Positions 38,009-52,187 are shown, counted from the stretch's first letter. The stretch is 64,000 nucleotides of DNA from Octopus sinensis (GCF_006345805.1 NC_043013.1:38874001-38938000), one strand, 5' to 3'. A program made the numbers and translations. The notes: generated from the sequence alone by a model not told the origin.

Positions 38009-38380
38009 AACCGTACCCTTCTTGTTAACTCCAATTTTTTCAATAATCTATTCACACACGACAGATGCCCAAATGCAAACCTGGAAATACATATAATACT
38101 ACTACTGGAAAGCACAGTTTAAATGTGAAAGTGGATGAGTGAGCTTTATACTGTGTTCTACTATGTTCTTAACAGAATATACTATAATTATATATATACA
38201 TATATAAGATGGGCTTCTTACGGTTTACGTCAACCAGATATACTCACAAGTCTTTGGTCGGCCCGAGTCTATAGCAGAAGACACTTACCCAAGGTGTCAC
38301 GCAATAGTACTGAACCCAGAACCATGTGGTTGGGAATACATATATATTTTTATATATCTGTATATATATATACGGCAAGA

Positions 38381-38414
<34 letters not shown>

Positions 38415-38539
38415 TTTGTTGTGTGTGTACGTGATTGTAGTTTATGCACATCCACAAATTAGCACGCATGTCGCTCAAATTTTAGGAGGACATTCGTCAA
38501 CATCCTATCTGGGTTTTGTCAACTTATTTTTTTCCCGAG

Positions 38540-38877
38540 GCACCCGCGGATAGCGGTAAAAATCTATTTTCAGCCATAACTTTTAGCGGTAAAAATCTAT
38601 TTTCAGCCATAGCATTTTGACGGCGTCTAACAAAAAAAAACAAGATAAAGAAAAGTGGAAGAAGAGAGGCAGAGAGTTTCACGGGAAAGACAAAGTGACA
38701 GAGGGAGAAAGAGTAAGTGACGACGTTCCTCAAAATCTATTTTCAGCCATAGCTTTCTGACGGCGTCTAACAAAAAAAAACAAGATAAAGAAAAGTGGAA
38801 TGAAGCAGAAAGTTTCACGGGAAAGACAAAGTGAGAGAGGGAGAGAGAGAGAGAGAGAGTAAGTGACGACGTTCATA
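38540..38877. repeat. Local tandem duplications (about 34 bp and about 150 bp)
   Basis: AAAATCTATTTTCAGCCATA occurs three times; GACGGCGTCTAAC...GTGACGACGTTC twice. Confidence 0.9.
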
Positions 38878-39499
38878 AAATATAAAATGTAAAATGTTTT
38901 GTCTTTTCTTAAACACGATATATAGTGTTCAAATTCAGGATGTTTTTGAAAGACACTATATTTTATAATCTTAGTATATATACTTTCTCACACAACAATT
39001 ACAATATATTTATTCTAAATCATTTATTTATTTTAAATCGTTCATCTTTCTCCCCCTCTCTCTCACACACATTACTTTGGGTGCGAAAGGGTTTTGTTTT
39101 ATTTTACGCCGAGTAAAAAAGTGTTTTGTTGACAATCCATTTATTTAACAACAAAGAAACAAAGAGGTGAGTAGCAATTTCTCAGTGAATTGCACAATAT
39201 AAATGGGTACAATTTCCGAGGCTTCCACCATACCCACTCCACTCCGTTTCACGGACCACAAAAGGGTTTTGTAGCATATTAGGAAGCCAGAATAGTTGAT
39301 TCCACGCAAAAAAAAACGATTATTTTTCTTAGTGAAAATCGTGCGAGTGTTAATCTACAAATTTAACAACATTTTCCCATTCATTTCTGTTTATGAACAT
39401 GCACAAAACACGCAATAGGTGTACGTACGTACATGTGTGATCGTATCTGTTACCCATATATATTCATATTATATTATATTATTATATAAATATAAATAT

Positions 39500-40600
39500 A
39501 TATATATATAATATAACCAATTTCAACGGATTTTGCCCAAATTTGACGTCGATATTACTTAGTTTGGTTTGGAATAAAGAACTTGATTAGCTTAATAATC
39601 GTAACTTAATCCCGGGCAAGGCCGGTTTATATTGCTAGTATCTTTATATATATATAAAACTGAGAATGTGTGTCTGTCTGTCTGTGTGTTTCCCTAAAAC
39701 TTGAGGACTACACAACCAATTTCATTCAAATTTTACACATACCTTACTTAGGGTCTGGGGAGTGTCATCGGCAAAAAAATTTTGAACTAGGGCGAGGCCA
39801 CAGCAATATCATATCTTCTCCACTACGATTCCCTAAAACTTGAGAACTACACAACCAATTCCATTCAAATTTTACACATGCCTTACATGTTCAACTTCTT
39901 GCCTAGAGCGAGCCCATAGCAATATCATATCTTCTTCACTATTTCAGTATTACGTGTTAAAAGTGAAACAAAAACGTTTCTCTATTTCATGTCAGATACT
40001 TTCACATTAACAATAAAAATAATAATAACAATTGAATTATATGTAGGAAGTAATAATTAAAATCAAACTAAAGTATAATATAATCGAAACATAACAAAAG
40101 TAAAAATAGCAATTGGTATAAAATTGCATCAATGATTCAACTTGAATAAGTGGTTTCACATGAATGGGAATAAATTAAAAATAAAATTAGCGTGCAGAAA
40201 TGGAATAGTCCAGATGGATAATAAAAAATTAAATTAAAGAAAAGACTATTGTCTATAAAGTACACAATGTAGAGAAAAAAAAGAATATTTGAACACATGG
40301 AGGAAAGCACCTTCGAAAAGTGTCTTGGTGCGACTATGAAAGGTATCTAATCAGAGGCGGTAAATTCGCCACAATATAAGCAAGGTTCGAGTCAACGGAG
40401 CGTGCAAGGGAGTACTCGACTCGAACTTGCAAAGTGGAAATATTTTATTTTTACCTTTATATCTGGGACGTAGGACGTGCCGGAAAAAAATTAGAAATGC
40501 CCCCCCCCCCCCCCCTCCCGAAGTAGAGGTAGGCTGGATTGTAGCCACACTTCTATACAAGAGGGAGGACAAGATACAATTGATTGAACTTACAAGAGAC
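39500..40600 (+). mobile_element. Two Helitron-type elements head to tail
   Basis: CCCGGGCAAGGCCGG...CTAG (39635-39638), TA, then TCTTTATATATATAAAACTGAGAATG (39641); second copy homologous to the one at 34018; its 3' end not located. Confidence 0.72.
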
Positions 40601-40959
40601 GGGCTAACAATTCCAGTCTGTTATATATTTTGAGTATTGTTATCACTAGCGATTTCAAGATATAACTTTGTATTTTGTATTTTATGTGTAGATGTATATA
40701 TATAGATGTACATGTAATATGGACACATATATATATATACATATATACATGCACTAGCACTATGACCCGGCAATATATATATATAAGTAATGCTGGTATA
40801 TATATATATAAGTAATGCTGGTATATATATATATAAGTAAATAAATGGAGTTGAACGCAGGTGTTACTCAAATTCTTTTACTGTCGACATATGTTTCGGC
40901 GTATCTGTCCTTCAAGCTCAGACATCGGTATACTTAGTAAATACATCTTAGATAAGTAT

Positions 40960-42459
40960 ATCCCTACTTTAATCAATAAATTAAAATTTAGCTTATGCTC
41001 TAATTCTTTTCAGGTTGTAGATTAGTTTACTTCTGTTACTAATAAGGTTAACACTAAATTTATTCAGTTTGATATATCTAGCTTTTATTCATCAATCAAC
41101 CCTATTATACTCAATAAGGTAATCTCGCATGCACACAATAAAGCAGGTCTCTCTAGAGTGGAAATTAATATGGCGCTTGCTGCCAGAAAATCTATCATTA
41201 AGTTTCATAACAAGTTGTGGGTCCGGAAGGATACTCCGAACGCTTTCGATGTCCCAATAGAAAGTTCGGATTCTGCTCAAATTGCGGATTTAGTCAGCAT
41301 ATGTATACTTCATGAAGTATATATACAGCGGCGAGCTGGCAGAAACGTTAGCGCGCCGGGCGAAATGCTTAGCGGTATTTCGTCTGTCGTTACGTTCTGA
41401 GTTCAAATTCCGCCGAGGTCGACTTTACCTTTCATCCTCTCAGGGTCGATAAATAAAGTACCAGTTTCGCACTGGGTCGATGTAATCGACTTAATCCCTT
41501 TGTCTGTCCTTGTTTGTCCCCTTTATGTTTAGCCCCTTGTGGGTAGTAAAGAAATATATATATACTTCATGAAATGGCTGACCAGTTCCTAGACATCTGT
41601 GGTGGTATATATCGTAATGATTGTTTGCGTTACCTCAAAAACGTTTCCAATCAAAAAATACAGAAGGTTAAGAATAGGTTAGTTAGGTTTTTTCGTAGAA
41701 TGGGTTTACACATTGTTTTTGACAATGAGATAATTAAAGCTAACTTTTTAGATATTACTCTTAATTTGCATAATAACTCATCCTTCCCATACCACAAACC
41801 TTCCACCAATCTCAAGTATATTAGTCCATCCTGTAATCACGCTAGGGCAATTACTAAGAATTTAGTTTAAAACATTTCAGTTAGATTGTCTAAACTATCC
41901 GCCAATGTTGACATTTTTAACGAGAAGGCAGAATTATATAACTCAGCCTTAATTAAAGCAGGGTATAAAGAAAAAGTTACATATATTGATTCTGCTTAAT
42001 CTCATCCTTCATCTACTATTCGAGACAAGAAATCTAGTTGTAATAAGAAGAGTGATTTTAATTCTAATATTGACAACAACACAAAACATAAAATTCCTTT
42101 ACAGAGTAAGGGAGCCAACTGTTATTTAAGCCCATTTTTTCACTCTAGAGGTATTTCACCGATATTTATAGATAGTACCACTTACAATTTGACTGTTACT
42201 AGGAAAACTATTTGGTTTGTTATTCCGTATGGAAGGCAAATTAAATCTAATCTTCCTTTGCAGTTCCGTGAAGTGGTTGGTAAGAACTTTCCCAAAAATT
42301 CTAGATATTATTCAATTGTTAATTCTCATATAGTTAGAGTTGACTTCTCCAACGCAAAGAATCTTTCACAAATTATATCTTCTCATAATAACAGTCCGCT
42401 AAATAAAAGTTCATTTTCTGAGAGTTCCAACATTAATTTTGTTAATACCAGCCCTTTCC

Positions 42460-42522
<63 letters not shown>

Positions 42523-42650
42523 TAATAATAATAATAATGATAGTAATAACAACATAGTTTTGGTCTCTGAGTACAACCCCAACAGAATTAAATTTATGTC
42601 TAATAATTCTAAGATTAAGAATTCTATATACCAATGTAAAATTACTTCCG
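40960..42650 (+). mobile_element. Penelope-like element relic (RT to start of GIY-YIG), interrupted by SINE S4 and (AAT)n
   Basis: ARKSII, FDVPIESSDSAQIADLV, GIYRND, NFLDITLNL, TIWFVIPY, ISSHN, NSIYQCKI. Confidence 0.9.
41328..41555 (+). mobile_element. SINE family S4 with target duplication TATACTTCATGAA
   Basis: 13-mer at 41304-41316 and 41561-41573. Confidence 0.88.
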
Positions 42651-43138
42651 GAATAGTCTTCTGTTCATAAAGGCTCATCCTTTCATCTGATGACATGTTG
42701 CGGTAGAGTTGGTGCGACTTCTTTGGGCATGTATTCTAGGTTATCAAAGAGTGTTGCTCAAGGAGCTGCCTTTCAAGTTTTATGATGTTATCAGCCTCAT
42801 GTGTGCAAACTTGGTCAAAGAAAGCACTTCGACACTTGGCGGTTAAAAGATGTTGCCGAAGAGATATGATGCGAGTTTCAAAGGCATTTTGGATTGATGT
42901 TAAGCCTCTGCCGCCTTGTTTTCGTTTTAGGTAGAGGCGGTCTACGTCACTGTTTATGTGGAAATTATGAGTGCTTGTTAGTATTTTTCAGGTTTTCACA
43001 TCAATGGCTCGGATCTTATCAAGCGTCCAATCAAGCAGCCCAAATGTTGGTATGAGTACTAGCACTGCAAACACATGGTGGGCCACTTGTTTATTGAATG
43101 CAGAGAGTCTGAGGTCCAAATTTTCTTTATTCGGCTAT
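42650..43138 (-). mobile_element. R4/Dong-clade RT C-terminal fragment
   Basis: LIPTFGLLDW...IDVKT*KILT...SDVDRLYLKRKQGGRGL. Confidence 0.82.
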
Positions 43139-43161
43139 AATATTCTTTAGTGATACAAGTC

Positions 43162-43378
43162 GATGAGCTGGCAGAAACGTTAGCATGCTTGGTGAAATGC
43201 TTAATGGTATTTTTTTCTGTCTTTACGCTCTGGGTTCAAATTCCGCCGTGGTCGATTTTGTCTTTCATTCTTTTCGTGATCGATAAATTAAATACCAGTT
43301 GCGTACTGGGGTTGATCTAATCGACTGGCCCCCTCCCCCAAAATTTCGGGCCTTGTGCCTAGGGTAGAAAAGAATATT
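43162..43378 (+). mobile_element. SINE family S4
   Basis: Aligns to the copy at 28643. Confidence 0.85.
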
Positions 43379-43618
43379 CTTTAGTGATACGTGTTTTGTT
43401 ACAGGTGCCCATTGCAAGATATATTTTCATCCAACCCTAGATACCTGTAACATTCCTTATCAGGTACAGGGGAGACAGCCAAATCATTGATCGAGATGTC
43501 ACTAATCTGGTTTATAGTTTACCCCTTTTAACAACCTTATAACAACATTCATCCTGACCAAACTCCAACTCTACATCCTTTGAGAATGTTTTAACTAGGT
43601 CTGGGCCTTTTTCATCTC

Positions 43619-43650
<32 letters not shown>

Positions 43651-44199
43651 GAAACAGAGTGAGTATACATGTAAGTGCTTCATAAATAGTTTTCAATTTA
43701 TTTTTCAATATATTTTAATTATTGATAGCCTCTCAATGATGAAAAGTCTTTTGTTCACAATTTGTTTTATTAACGCCTACCACTATCCCGAGCACTTACA
43801 CACGGCCCTTGTTTAGTATTCGTACATACATGCATACATACATACATACATACATACATACATACATAAATACATACATACATACATACATACATACATA
43901 CATTAATGCGTACATACATACGTACTACTACGTACGCACACACGTACGTATATACGTATATATATATACGAGTGGGTGAATAAACGAAAGGCGCTCAACC
44001 ACTTTATTGTGTGTTACATGTATGGATCAAAACATTTTGATTCATATTCGTTGGTACTCTTGAGTTTCATGCACGATGTAAGTCGTCAGTCATTTTGAAT
44101 TTGAATGGCAAAAGTTGAATGTTATTAGCGTAAGGTGGGCTGCGATTGGTTGAGTAAGGTCACGCGGTGTCGTGCATTGATGTTGGTGTATAGATGTTA

Positions 44200-44660
44200 G
44201 TTAGTTAGTTAGTTAATTTGGCTCAAAAGCAAATAGCAAGGCCATGTAGGGGGACATGGAGTTAAGTACAGGGTGGTGTTCATGTAAAGAGTTCAGGCCA
44301 CTTGAGGTCCAGGGAGGCTTTGAACAAAGCGGTCGTCGGCATCTTCACCATCTCGTCTGGCAGCTTGTTCCACGGATCCGCAACCTCCTTCGATTGAGAT
44401 GAAATCGTCGCAGGTAGAGCTTTTCGGAATGACCCCGCAGCCGACGCTCCGGAGCAGGAGTGAAGAACAGCTCTTTCGAGAGGTTACACTTCCCGCTTAT
44501 GATGTTGTGGGCGAGAATGAGATCACCACGGCGGCGGCGTTTTTCAAGAGAATAAAGGTCGAGCGTCCTCAGCCTTTAGTTGGAAAATGCTGCATGGTGA
44601 ACAGGAAATTGACCACATGGCGATTAGAAGTCGGTCAGGTTGTTCGAAGGGAAGTGAGAA
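44200..44660 (-). mobile_element. CR1-clade LINE 3' end with (TAAC)n tail
   Basis: LDLYSLEKRRRRGDLILAHNII...LRGHSEKL...WNKLP...FKASLD. Confidence 0.88.
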
Positions 44661-45249
44661 GGTGCGGCATGTGAAAGTATATAGTTATATATGTGGGTGT
44701 GTAGACGCGCTCATATGGCCTTGCATGCATGTATATATTGATGCGAGTATGCGCGTCTGTACATGGGCACGTACGCGCCCGTCTGCACACACACAGACAC
44801 ACAAACACACACTCTCACACACACACACACACACAACATACGCTTGGACGAACACGCACGCGCACACACGCACACACATACACGCGCACACACATACACA
44901 CGCATACGCACATATTCACACACATACACACGTAAACACACATGCGTATTCCTTCATATGTACATACTGTATATATATATTCGCATGCATATACGCATTC
45001 ATACCAGTGTGTGCGCACACACGCATGCATGTGCACATATGCATGTGCACGCGTGCGTAGGCAAAGATACACGAGCAAAACAAGCGTTAGGGATTGGCAA
45101 GCGTTGGGTATTGGTAAGTGTTGGGGGTTGGTATGCGTTGGGGGTTGGTAAACGTTGGGGATTGGTAAATGGCGGTCCTGCTCATGGGTTAGGCTGGTTG
45201 GCAGCGGTGACCTGGGTGCAGGCGGTGCAAAGCAGCAGCTGGTGCTAAG

Positions 45250-46560
45250 GTGGTATATCCTGCCTGTCGGCAGTCAGAGGCCTGAAATTTGCCAGAATAG
45301 CATATCTCTAGTGACAGCAATACGATAAATCGTATTTCTTCTGTGGGATACTGTGGGTTGTTAGAAGATTTACAGTTTTAGGCGGAGGCAGAGCTGGCAG
45401 TTAGGGGCGCCGAGTGAATATGGGGGAGCCGAGTGAATATGTCGACAGCTGTGTATTTCATCTCGGAGATCACCGAGTCTCCAGAGAAACGAGACAGAGA
45501 AGTAGAGTTCTCTCTGCCCTGGATCTGAACGAGTGCATATGCTGGGAGTATCTTCCCTTGGATGTATTAGCTGTCATACCCGTATAGTGCCTAGTAATTT
45601 TATCCGATGGTCTAAGGGTGGCTCTGTATACTACAGCCCTTGAGATACAAGATCCTTCTAGTGGGGTTTCGGAAGTTGCAGGTTGAGGTTAGGGTGGTGC
45701 TGGTGCATTTTTAGTTTGTTGATGGGTACGATGTTAGATGCGATATTGTCTAAGCAGGAGTAGCTCATCTTGACATTATGCGCGTTGAAGAGTTTGCAAT
45801 ACTTATGGCTCCTGGAAAGTGTTTCTTAATTAATGGCAGGAAGTCCCTAGCTACGTTGGTGGAAAATTCTAGGTTGAAAGGTGGGGTTATACCATATAAT
45901 TTTTCTTCTCCTAAGAAAGGTTGTTTGGGGGTTGTCCACATACGTGAGATTCTCAGTAGACCTGCTCCTAGCCAAAGCATCATTGTAGTGGGGGCGGCCC
46001 TGTTAAAGATCTCTCTGTTGGTCGAGAGATTAGATAGTCGTTTACTAATGACTAAAACTATGCTTCTGATTACATTGGGGATTGGCTTGAGATATTGTCG
46101 ATGTATACTGTCTCCTCGTTAGGCTTCTTGTACGGGTAATACTTCTCCGTACTGAGGTCGAACTTCTTAAATATTATTATCCTTCCTGAACCTGTCCATG
46201 CTGTGGCCATTCGTATGACTTGTGATAGCCAGGCCGTCGTCCTTATAGAGGGCCGATCTATGTGGGTTAGCGATTTCAGCCCCCTCAAAGCTCCCCATAG
46301 AGACGCCGAACAGTGGGTCGCCTTCTTTTTTCACCCGGAAGGAATCGTTGTGGGCCAGTATTGACTTTCTGGCATTCATGATAATTCTGATGTCAAGGTC
46401 ACTAAATGCTGGTATATTTCTCAGCAAAAGTTAGAGCCTTCAGAAGGAGGGGCTTAAATATGGAAGGATAGAAATCGACACAGCAAAATTGAAGGTCAAT
46501 CTTTGCCAAGCGGCTTTACTCTGTGTGGTTTAGGTTCGTTGCCATGGCAATAGTACGGTT
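45250..46560 (-). mobile_element. Penelope-like element relic (RT, linker, GIY-YIG)
   Basis: NARKSIL, VSMGSFEGAEI, LYKDDGLA, PYKKPNE, PPFNLEFSTNVARDFL, VVYRATL...YTGMTANT. Confidence 0.9.
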
Positions 46561-46857
46561 ACTCATTGATCAGACATCGTTTGTGTATGTATATATATAT
46601 ATATATATAAATACATATATATTCATATAACAAACGAAGGGAAAAACGATTCCTTCAAAGGCGTATGAGACACCCAATTCACTGGTACGGCAGTTGACTA
46701 CCACAGAAATAGAAGTATAAATACAAATTACAAATAATAAATTAAATAGAGAAATACAATTGACAATCTAACAATTTATTACATTATAATATAACATAAT
46801 ATACTATCAAATATGGTATAACATAACCAATTCTTGGTTATCTTATAGTATACTTTA

Positions 46858-47382
<525 letters not shown>

Positions 47383-47784
47383 TATTGTATATTATATTAT
47401 ATTATATTATTATATTATATTATATTATATTATAATTATAATGTAATAAATTGCTAGATTATCAATTGTATTTCTCTAATTTATTATTGTAATTTATGTG
47501 GGTGTGTGTGTATACTTGTGTGTGCGTGTGTAGTGTCTAGTGTGTGTTGTGTATATGTGTGTTTTAACTGAAAACGACTTATACAGTTATTTGTCAATTT
47601 TTCAATTAGAATTCATTTTATATATACAAACAATACACTCCCACAAAAACACACACATACAACACACATACACACACATACACACACACACACACACACA
47701 CGTGTGTACGTTTGTGTTTGCGTGAGTGCGTATATATATATATATATATATATATATAGGAGAGCGCAATGGCCTAGAGGATCG

Positions 47785-47884
47785 NNNNNNNNNNNNNNNN
47801 NNNNNNNNNNNNNNNNNNNNNNNNNNNNNNNNNNNNNNNNNNNNNNNNNNNNNNNNNNNNNNNNNNNNNNNNNNNNNNNNNNNN
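47785..47884. other. Assembly gap (100 N)
   Basis: Run of N. Confidence 1.
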
Positions 47885-47944
47885 GTCGGGCACAATGGAA
47901 GTCGACGTGGTTGGCATCATACAGAAAAAATACGATGGCAGAAA

Positions 47945-48415
47945 CAGGGGTCGATTAAATAAGTTCCAGTTACGCACTGGGGCCAATATAATCGACGTAA
48001 TCCGTTTGTCTGTCCTTGTTTGTCCTCTCTGTGTTTAGCCCCTTGTGGATAGTAAAGAAATGGGTATTTCGTCTTGTTTTACGTTCTGAGTTCAAATTCC
48101 ACCGAAATTGACTTTGCCTTTCATCTTTTCGGGATCGATTAAATAAGTACCAGTTACGCACTCGGATCAATATAATCGATTTAATCCGTTTGTCTGTCCT
48201 TGTTTGTCTTTTCTGTGTTTAGCCTCTTGTAAGTAGTAAAGAAATAGGTACTTCGTCTGTTGCTACGATCTTAGTTCAAATTCCGCTGAAGTTGACTTTG
48301 CCTTTGGTCTTTTCGGGTTCGATAAATTAAGTACCAGCTGCGTACTGGGTTCAATCTAATCGACTAGCCCCCTCCCCCAAAATTTCGACACTTGTGTCTA
48401 GTGTAGAAAAGATTA
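47945..48415 (+). repeat. Tandem array of headless S4 SINE units, 184-bp period
   Basis: TCGAT anchor at 47951, 48135 and 48319. Confidence 0.85.
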
Positions 48416-48499
48416 TTATTTTTATTATTCTGAAAAATTCCAGCTTTATTTTGTGGAGTATGATGACAGCCAGCAGACTATGGCGGCACGTGTTTACTG

Positions 48500-48974
48500 A
48501 TCATAATTCAAGAACACTTGTAGTTCCAAGCAGTAATGATTTTTGTAGATCTTCGATGTTTGCATTCATTCCAGTCTTCTTGAGCCATGTTGGTAGTTGT
48601 GCGCTGCTTAATAATAGTAATAATAACAATAATAATAATAGCCCAGCTGACAACAAGTTATGCGATATGGAAGAAAAAAAAGTCGAGAGATATGACAGGT
48701 TAACTTGGGAAGTTAAGCAGTTGTAGTCGATGAAATAGGTATCAGTAGCACCAATAATTGTCGGAGCCCTGGGAACAGTGACCAAAAATCTCGAGAAGTA
48801 CGTGGAAAAAATAGGGGCTGCAATAAGGGTGCAGCACTTGCAGAACACAGGACTGCTTGGGAGCGCTCGAATACTCCGGAAGGTGCTCGAAAAATAAGAG
48901 GTGTTACCTGAGTTCACTGGTAGTGAACAGCTGACGCTATAGTACTTCTCCAGCTTTAGAAGCTGAGCAAAAGC

Positions 48975-48975
<1 letters not shown>
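48500..48975. mobile_element. Two R4/Dong 3' fragments in opposite orientation (48500-48607 -, 48640-48975 +) among (AAT)n tracts
   Basis: DLQKSLLLGT; EKKVERYDRL...PIIVGALGTV...LLGSARILRKVL followed by (AAT)n. Confidence 0.82.
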
Positions 48976-49032
<57 letters not shown>

Positions 49033-49040
49033 TGCACCGA

Positions 49041-49132
<92 letters not shown>

Positions 49133-49329
49133 TATTTAAAAAACGGGAGAATCACATCAGTTAAGGACTTGCACATAGGCAAATGTCTACAAATATTTGC
49201 ACACAACGTCGCACTGATATATCATATATATATATATACTACAAAATTAGAAAATGGAGAAACATACTTAAATCAATAAAACATCAACTATCAGATGATA
49301 CCCAATCAATGAATTTTCAACCCCTATCT

Positions 49330-49376
<47 letters not shown>

Positions 49377-49704
49377 ATATTATATATATAATTTTAAACA
49401 TTCTGACCATAAATCAAAACCATTATTTTCAAGATTAAAACAGAAAATTACTTTATATGAGATAAGACTTCGCTAACAAATAGACAAAAGTTGAAAAAAA
49501 AAAAAAAAACAGTGATTTTAACTCACACCATTCAATTATTAAAGATTCATAATTGGAATGAATAAAGAAAATTGAATGTTAAGTATTAATGGAATTTTGA
49601 TTTACTGTCGAGTGACGTTTGGCCAACCCTGTTTATATATATATTATATTAAATTAGAGATAAATCTAATTTTTCCCTGTAAGTTTGGATTATTCCCTAA
49701 TATA

Positions 49705-49754
<50 letters not shown>

Positions 49755-49764
49755 TTATTTTTTG

Positions 49765-49856
49765 TATTTTATAGAAGGAGCTTCTACAGGACTAGAACTG
49801 TTTCATTCATTTGAATGAAACAGTTCCAGTCCTGTAGAAGCTCCTTCTATAAAATA
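49765..49856. repeat. 92-bp palindrome (45-bp arms, 2-nt loop, one mismatch)
   Basis: Direct base-by-base pairing. Confidence 0.95.
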
Positions 49857-49929
49857 AATTAATTCACTCTGCTATGTATTGTGTACCTTATTTACTGTGG
49901 TTAACCCCGACTCAACCCGGGACCTACAT

Positions 49930-49964
<35 letters not shown>

Positions 49965-50149
49965 TATAATATATATATAGATATAGAGGAGAGAGAGAGA
50001 GAGAGAGAGAGATGAGTGTATTTTTACCTTGTTAACAATTAACACGGAAAAATAAATAAATAGTTACCAGGGCAGCAAAAATCTCACAAGTAAAGGTGTT
50101 GTAACTCCTTGTTTATAAAGGTAGAAACTTCGTGTTTACGTTGAATATT

Positions 50150-50520
50150 TTGAATAATATGAATAAAAAATGGAGTTAATAAGTTTTTTTAAAAACCTGT
50201 GATAAGACTGTGCATCATCATTAAAGAACTTCGGAAGTCTGTTTACAACCTAAATCTGCTTTTAATGAAATTATCTCCAATACTTCATGAGTGTAGCCTC
50301 ACCCACTAAGATGTTTGGAGAACTCATATGTGTTTTAGCTGATGAGTACGGGACACTTTTATCTGCTGCAATATTTGCAACTTTTAATAAAGCCTGTCTT
50401 TGTATGAAACAATTGTACTAAAAACTAATCCATTCTTGTTGCTTCTTTCTCGTTTATAATCACCCCACATTACTGTATGGTTAACACCATATAGTTTTCT
50501 GGTACATCTAAGTTAAGTAC
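50150..50520 (-). mobile_element. Possible hAT (Charlie/Buster-like) transposase relic
   Basis: CFIQRQALL and NFIKSR peptides in different frames. Confidence 0.4.
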
Positions 50521-50658
50521 CGCATTCAAGTAAATCATTAGAATTGACTTGAATCTAAATTGCTTATATATGTATTATATATATATATATTGTATATATG
50601 TATATATATATATGTATATAATATATATATATATCTATATTATATATATATATAATAT

Positions 50659-50703
<45 letters not shown>

Positions 50704-50708
50704 GTATA

Positions 50709-50743
<35 letters not shown>

Positions 50744-50812
50744 GCATATGAATATTTATATGTATATTTATATATATTAGAAGGTTTGGAGGTGAAGTAC
50801 AGTTTATTATAA

Positions 50813-51035
50813 TTAGAAGAAATAAGGTACTCAGAAATCTGGATGGTTTTATATTTACAGATTTTTATTAATGTCACATGTTTTTATAAATCATAAATTA
50901 GCGCTTGCATCTACTCTAGTAGAATCTCCTAGAATGGACGCAAGCGCTAATATATGATTTATAAAAACATGTGACATTAATAAAAATCTGTAAATATAAA
51001 ACCATCCAGATTTCTGAGTACCTTATTTCTTCTAA
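50813..51035. repeat. 223-bp palindrome centred on 50924
   Basis: 96-bp near-perfect outer arms; pairing continues with a few mismatches to a 1-nt apex. Confidence 0.93.
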
Positions 51036-51319
51036 CATATATATATATACATGTACACATGTGTGTCTGTCTATCTCTCTGTCTGTGTCTGTGCTTGCCC
51101 CACTCTCCATCCTTTGACAACTGATGTTAGTAGGTTTGCGTCTCTGTAACTTAGCAGTTCGGCAAAAGTGTCCGATAGAATAAGTACTAGGCTTACAAAG
51201 AAAAAGTCCTGGGGTCGACTTCTTTGGCTAAGACCCTTATAAGGCGGTACCCCAGCAAGGCCGAAGTCAAATGACTGAAGCAAGTAAAAGAAAAAAGAAT
51301 ATATGTACATATATATATA

Positions 51320-51350
51320 CTAGCAGCTAAGCCCGGCTTCACCCGGTCTC
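51320..51350 (-). mobile_element. Helitron-type 3' terminus
   Basis: Reverse strand ACCGGGTGAAGCCGGGCTTAGCTG-CTAG|T. Confidence 0.6.
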
Positions 51351-51864
51351 TTTGGATGATGTGGCTGTGATCGTTTTCGGTTAGGCATACTCTACAACAG
51401 CGTTTCTCAACCTTATAGTTTTGGGTCCCCTGTTTCGATTGGAGCCTCCAGCTGTATGAAAGTTTTCTGACTTCCCCACCCTCCTTGTCAGAAAACAGCT
51501 TTAGGAGTTGTGAAGAACGAATTTGTACGTAGTCTGTTCCTGAGAGCTATTCTATTGGACCTCTGTCTAATCATTAAAACATTGATTTAATTATAAATCT
51601 CTGAACGAGGTATAAACAGTATTTACTGATAGGGCACAGAAAGTGTGTCAATAGCCAGCTAGAGAAGATGTTCTCCTGGGGCTACAAGCTACAGTAGCAT
51701 CCAACCCTTAGTTGTTAGCCACATTTAAGTGGTAAATATACTTCACATTGATTTAATTATGAACATAGAAAGGAATTATACATTAATCTCTGTTTTTGTA
51801 AGAAGTTGTATCCGTAAAAATGTTATTTGCAGAGAGCAGAAATTGAAAGAAGATATATGAAATG

Positions 51865-51926
<62 letters not shown>

Positions 51927-52150
51927 CGTGCGTGCGTGTGCGTGCATGCTTGCGCGTGTGTATGTGTTTACGATAGTTGATTAATGGAAAAGATTATGTT
52001 AAATTTTCGAAATGCAAATATGTGAATGAAAATTAAGTTCAGACCTCCACATGGTAACTAAAGATTAAGATTATTAACCCCACAAAGAGGTGAAACAAGA
52101 GAGACAGCATAGCGAAAGTATTGGCTGACTTTCATCCTATTTGTGTGTGT

Positions 52151-52187
<37 letters not shown>

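Noticed and set aside
44050-44092. Minus-strand CTGACGA...GAAACTCAAGAGTA as a hammerhead
   Set aside because: Core and stem III are present but stems I and II do not pair; at most a dead relic
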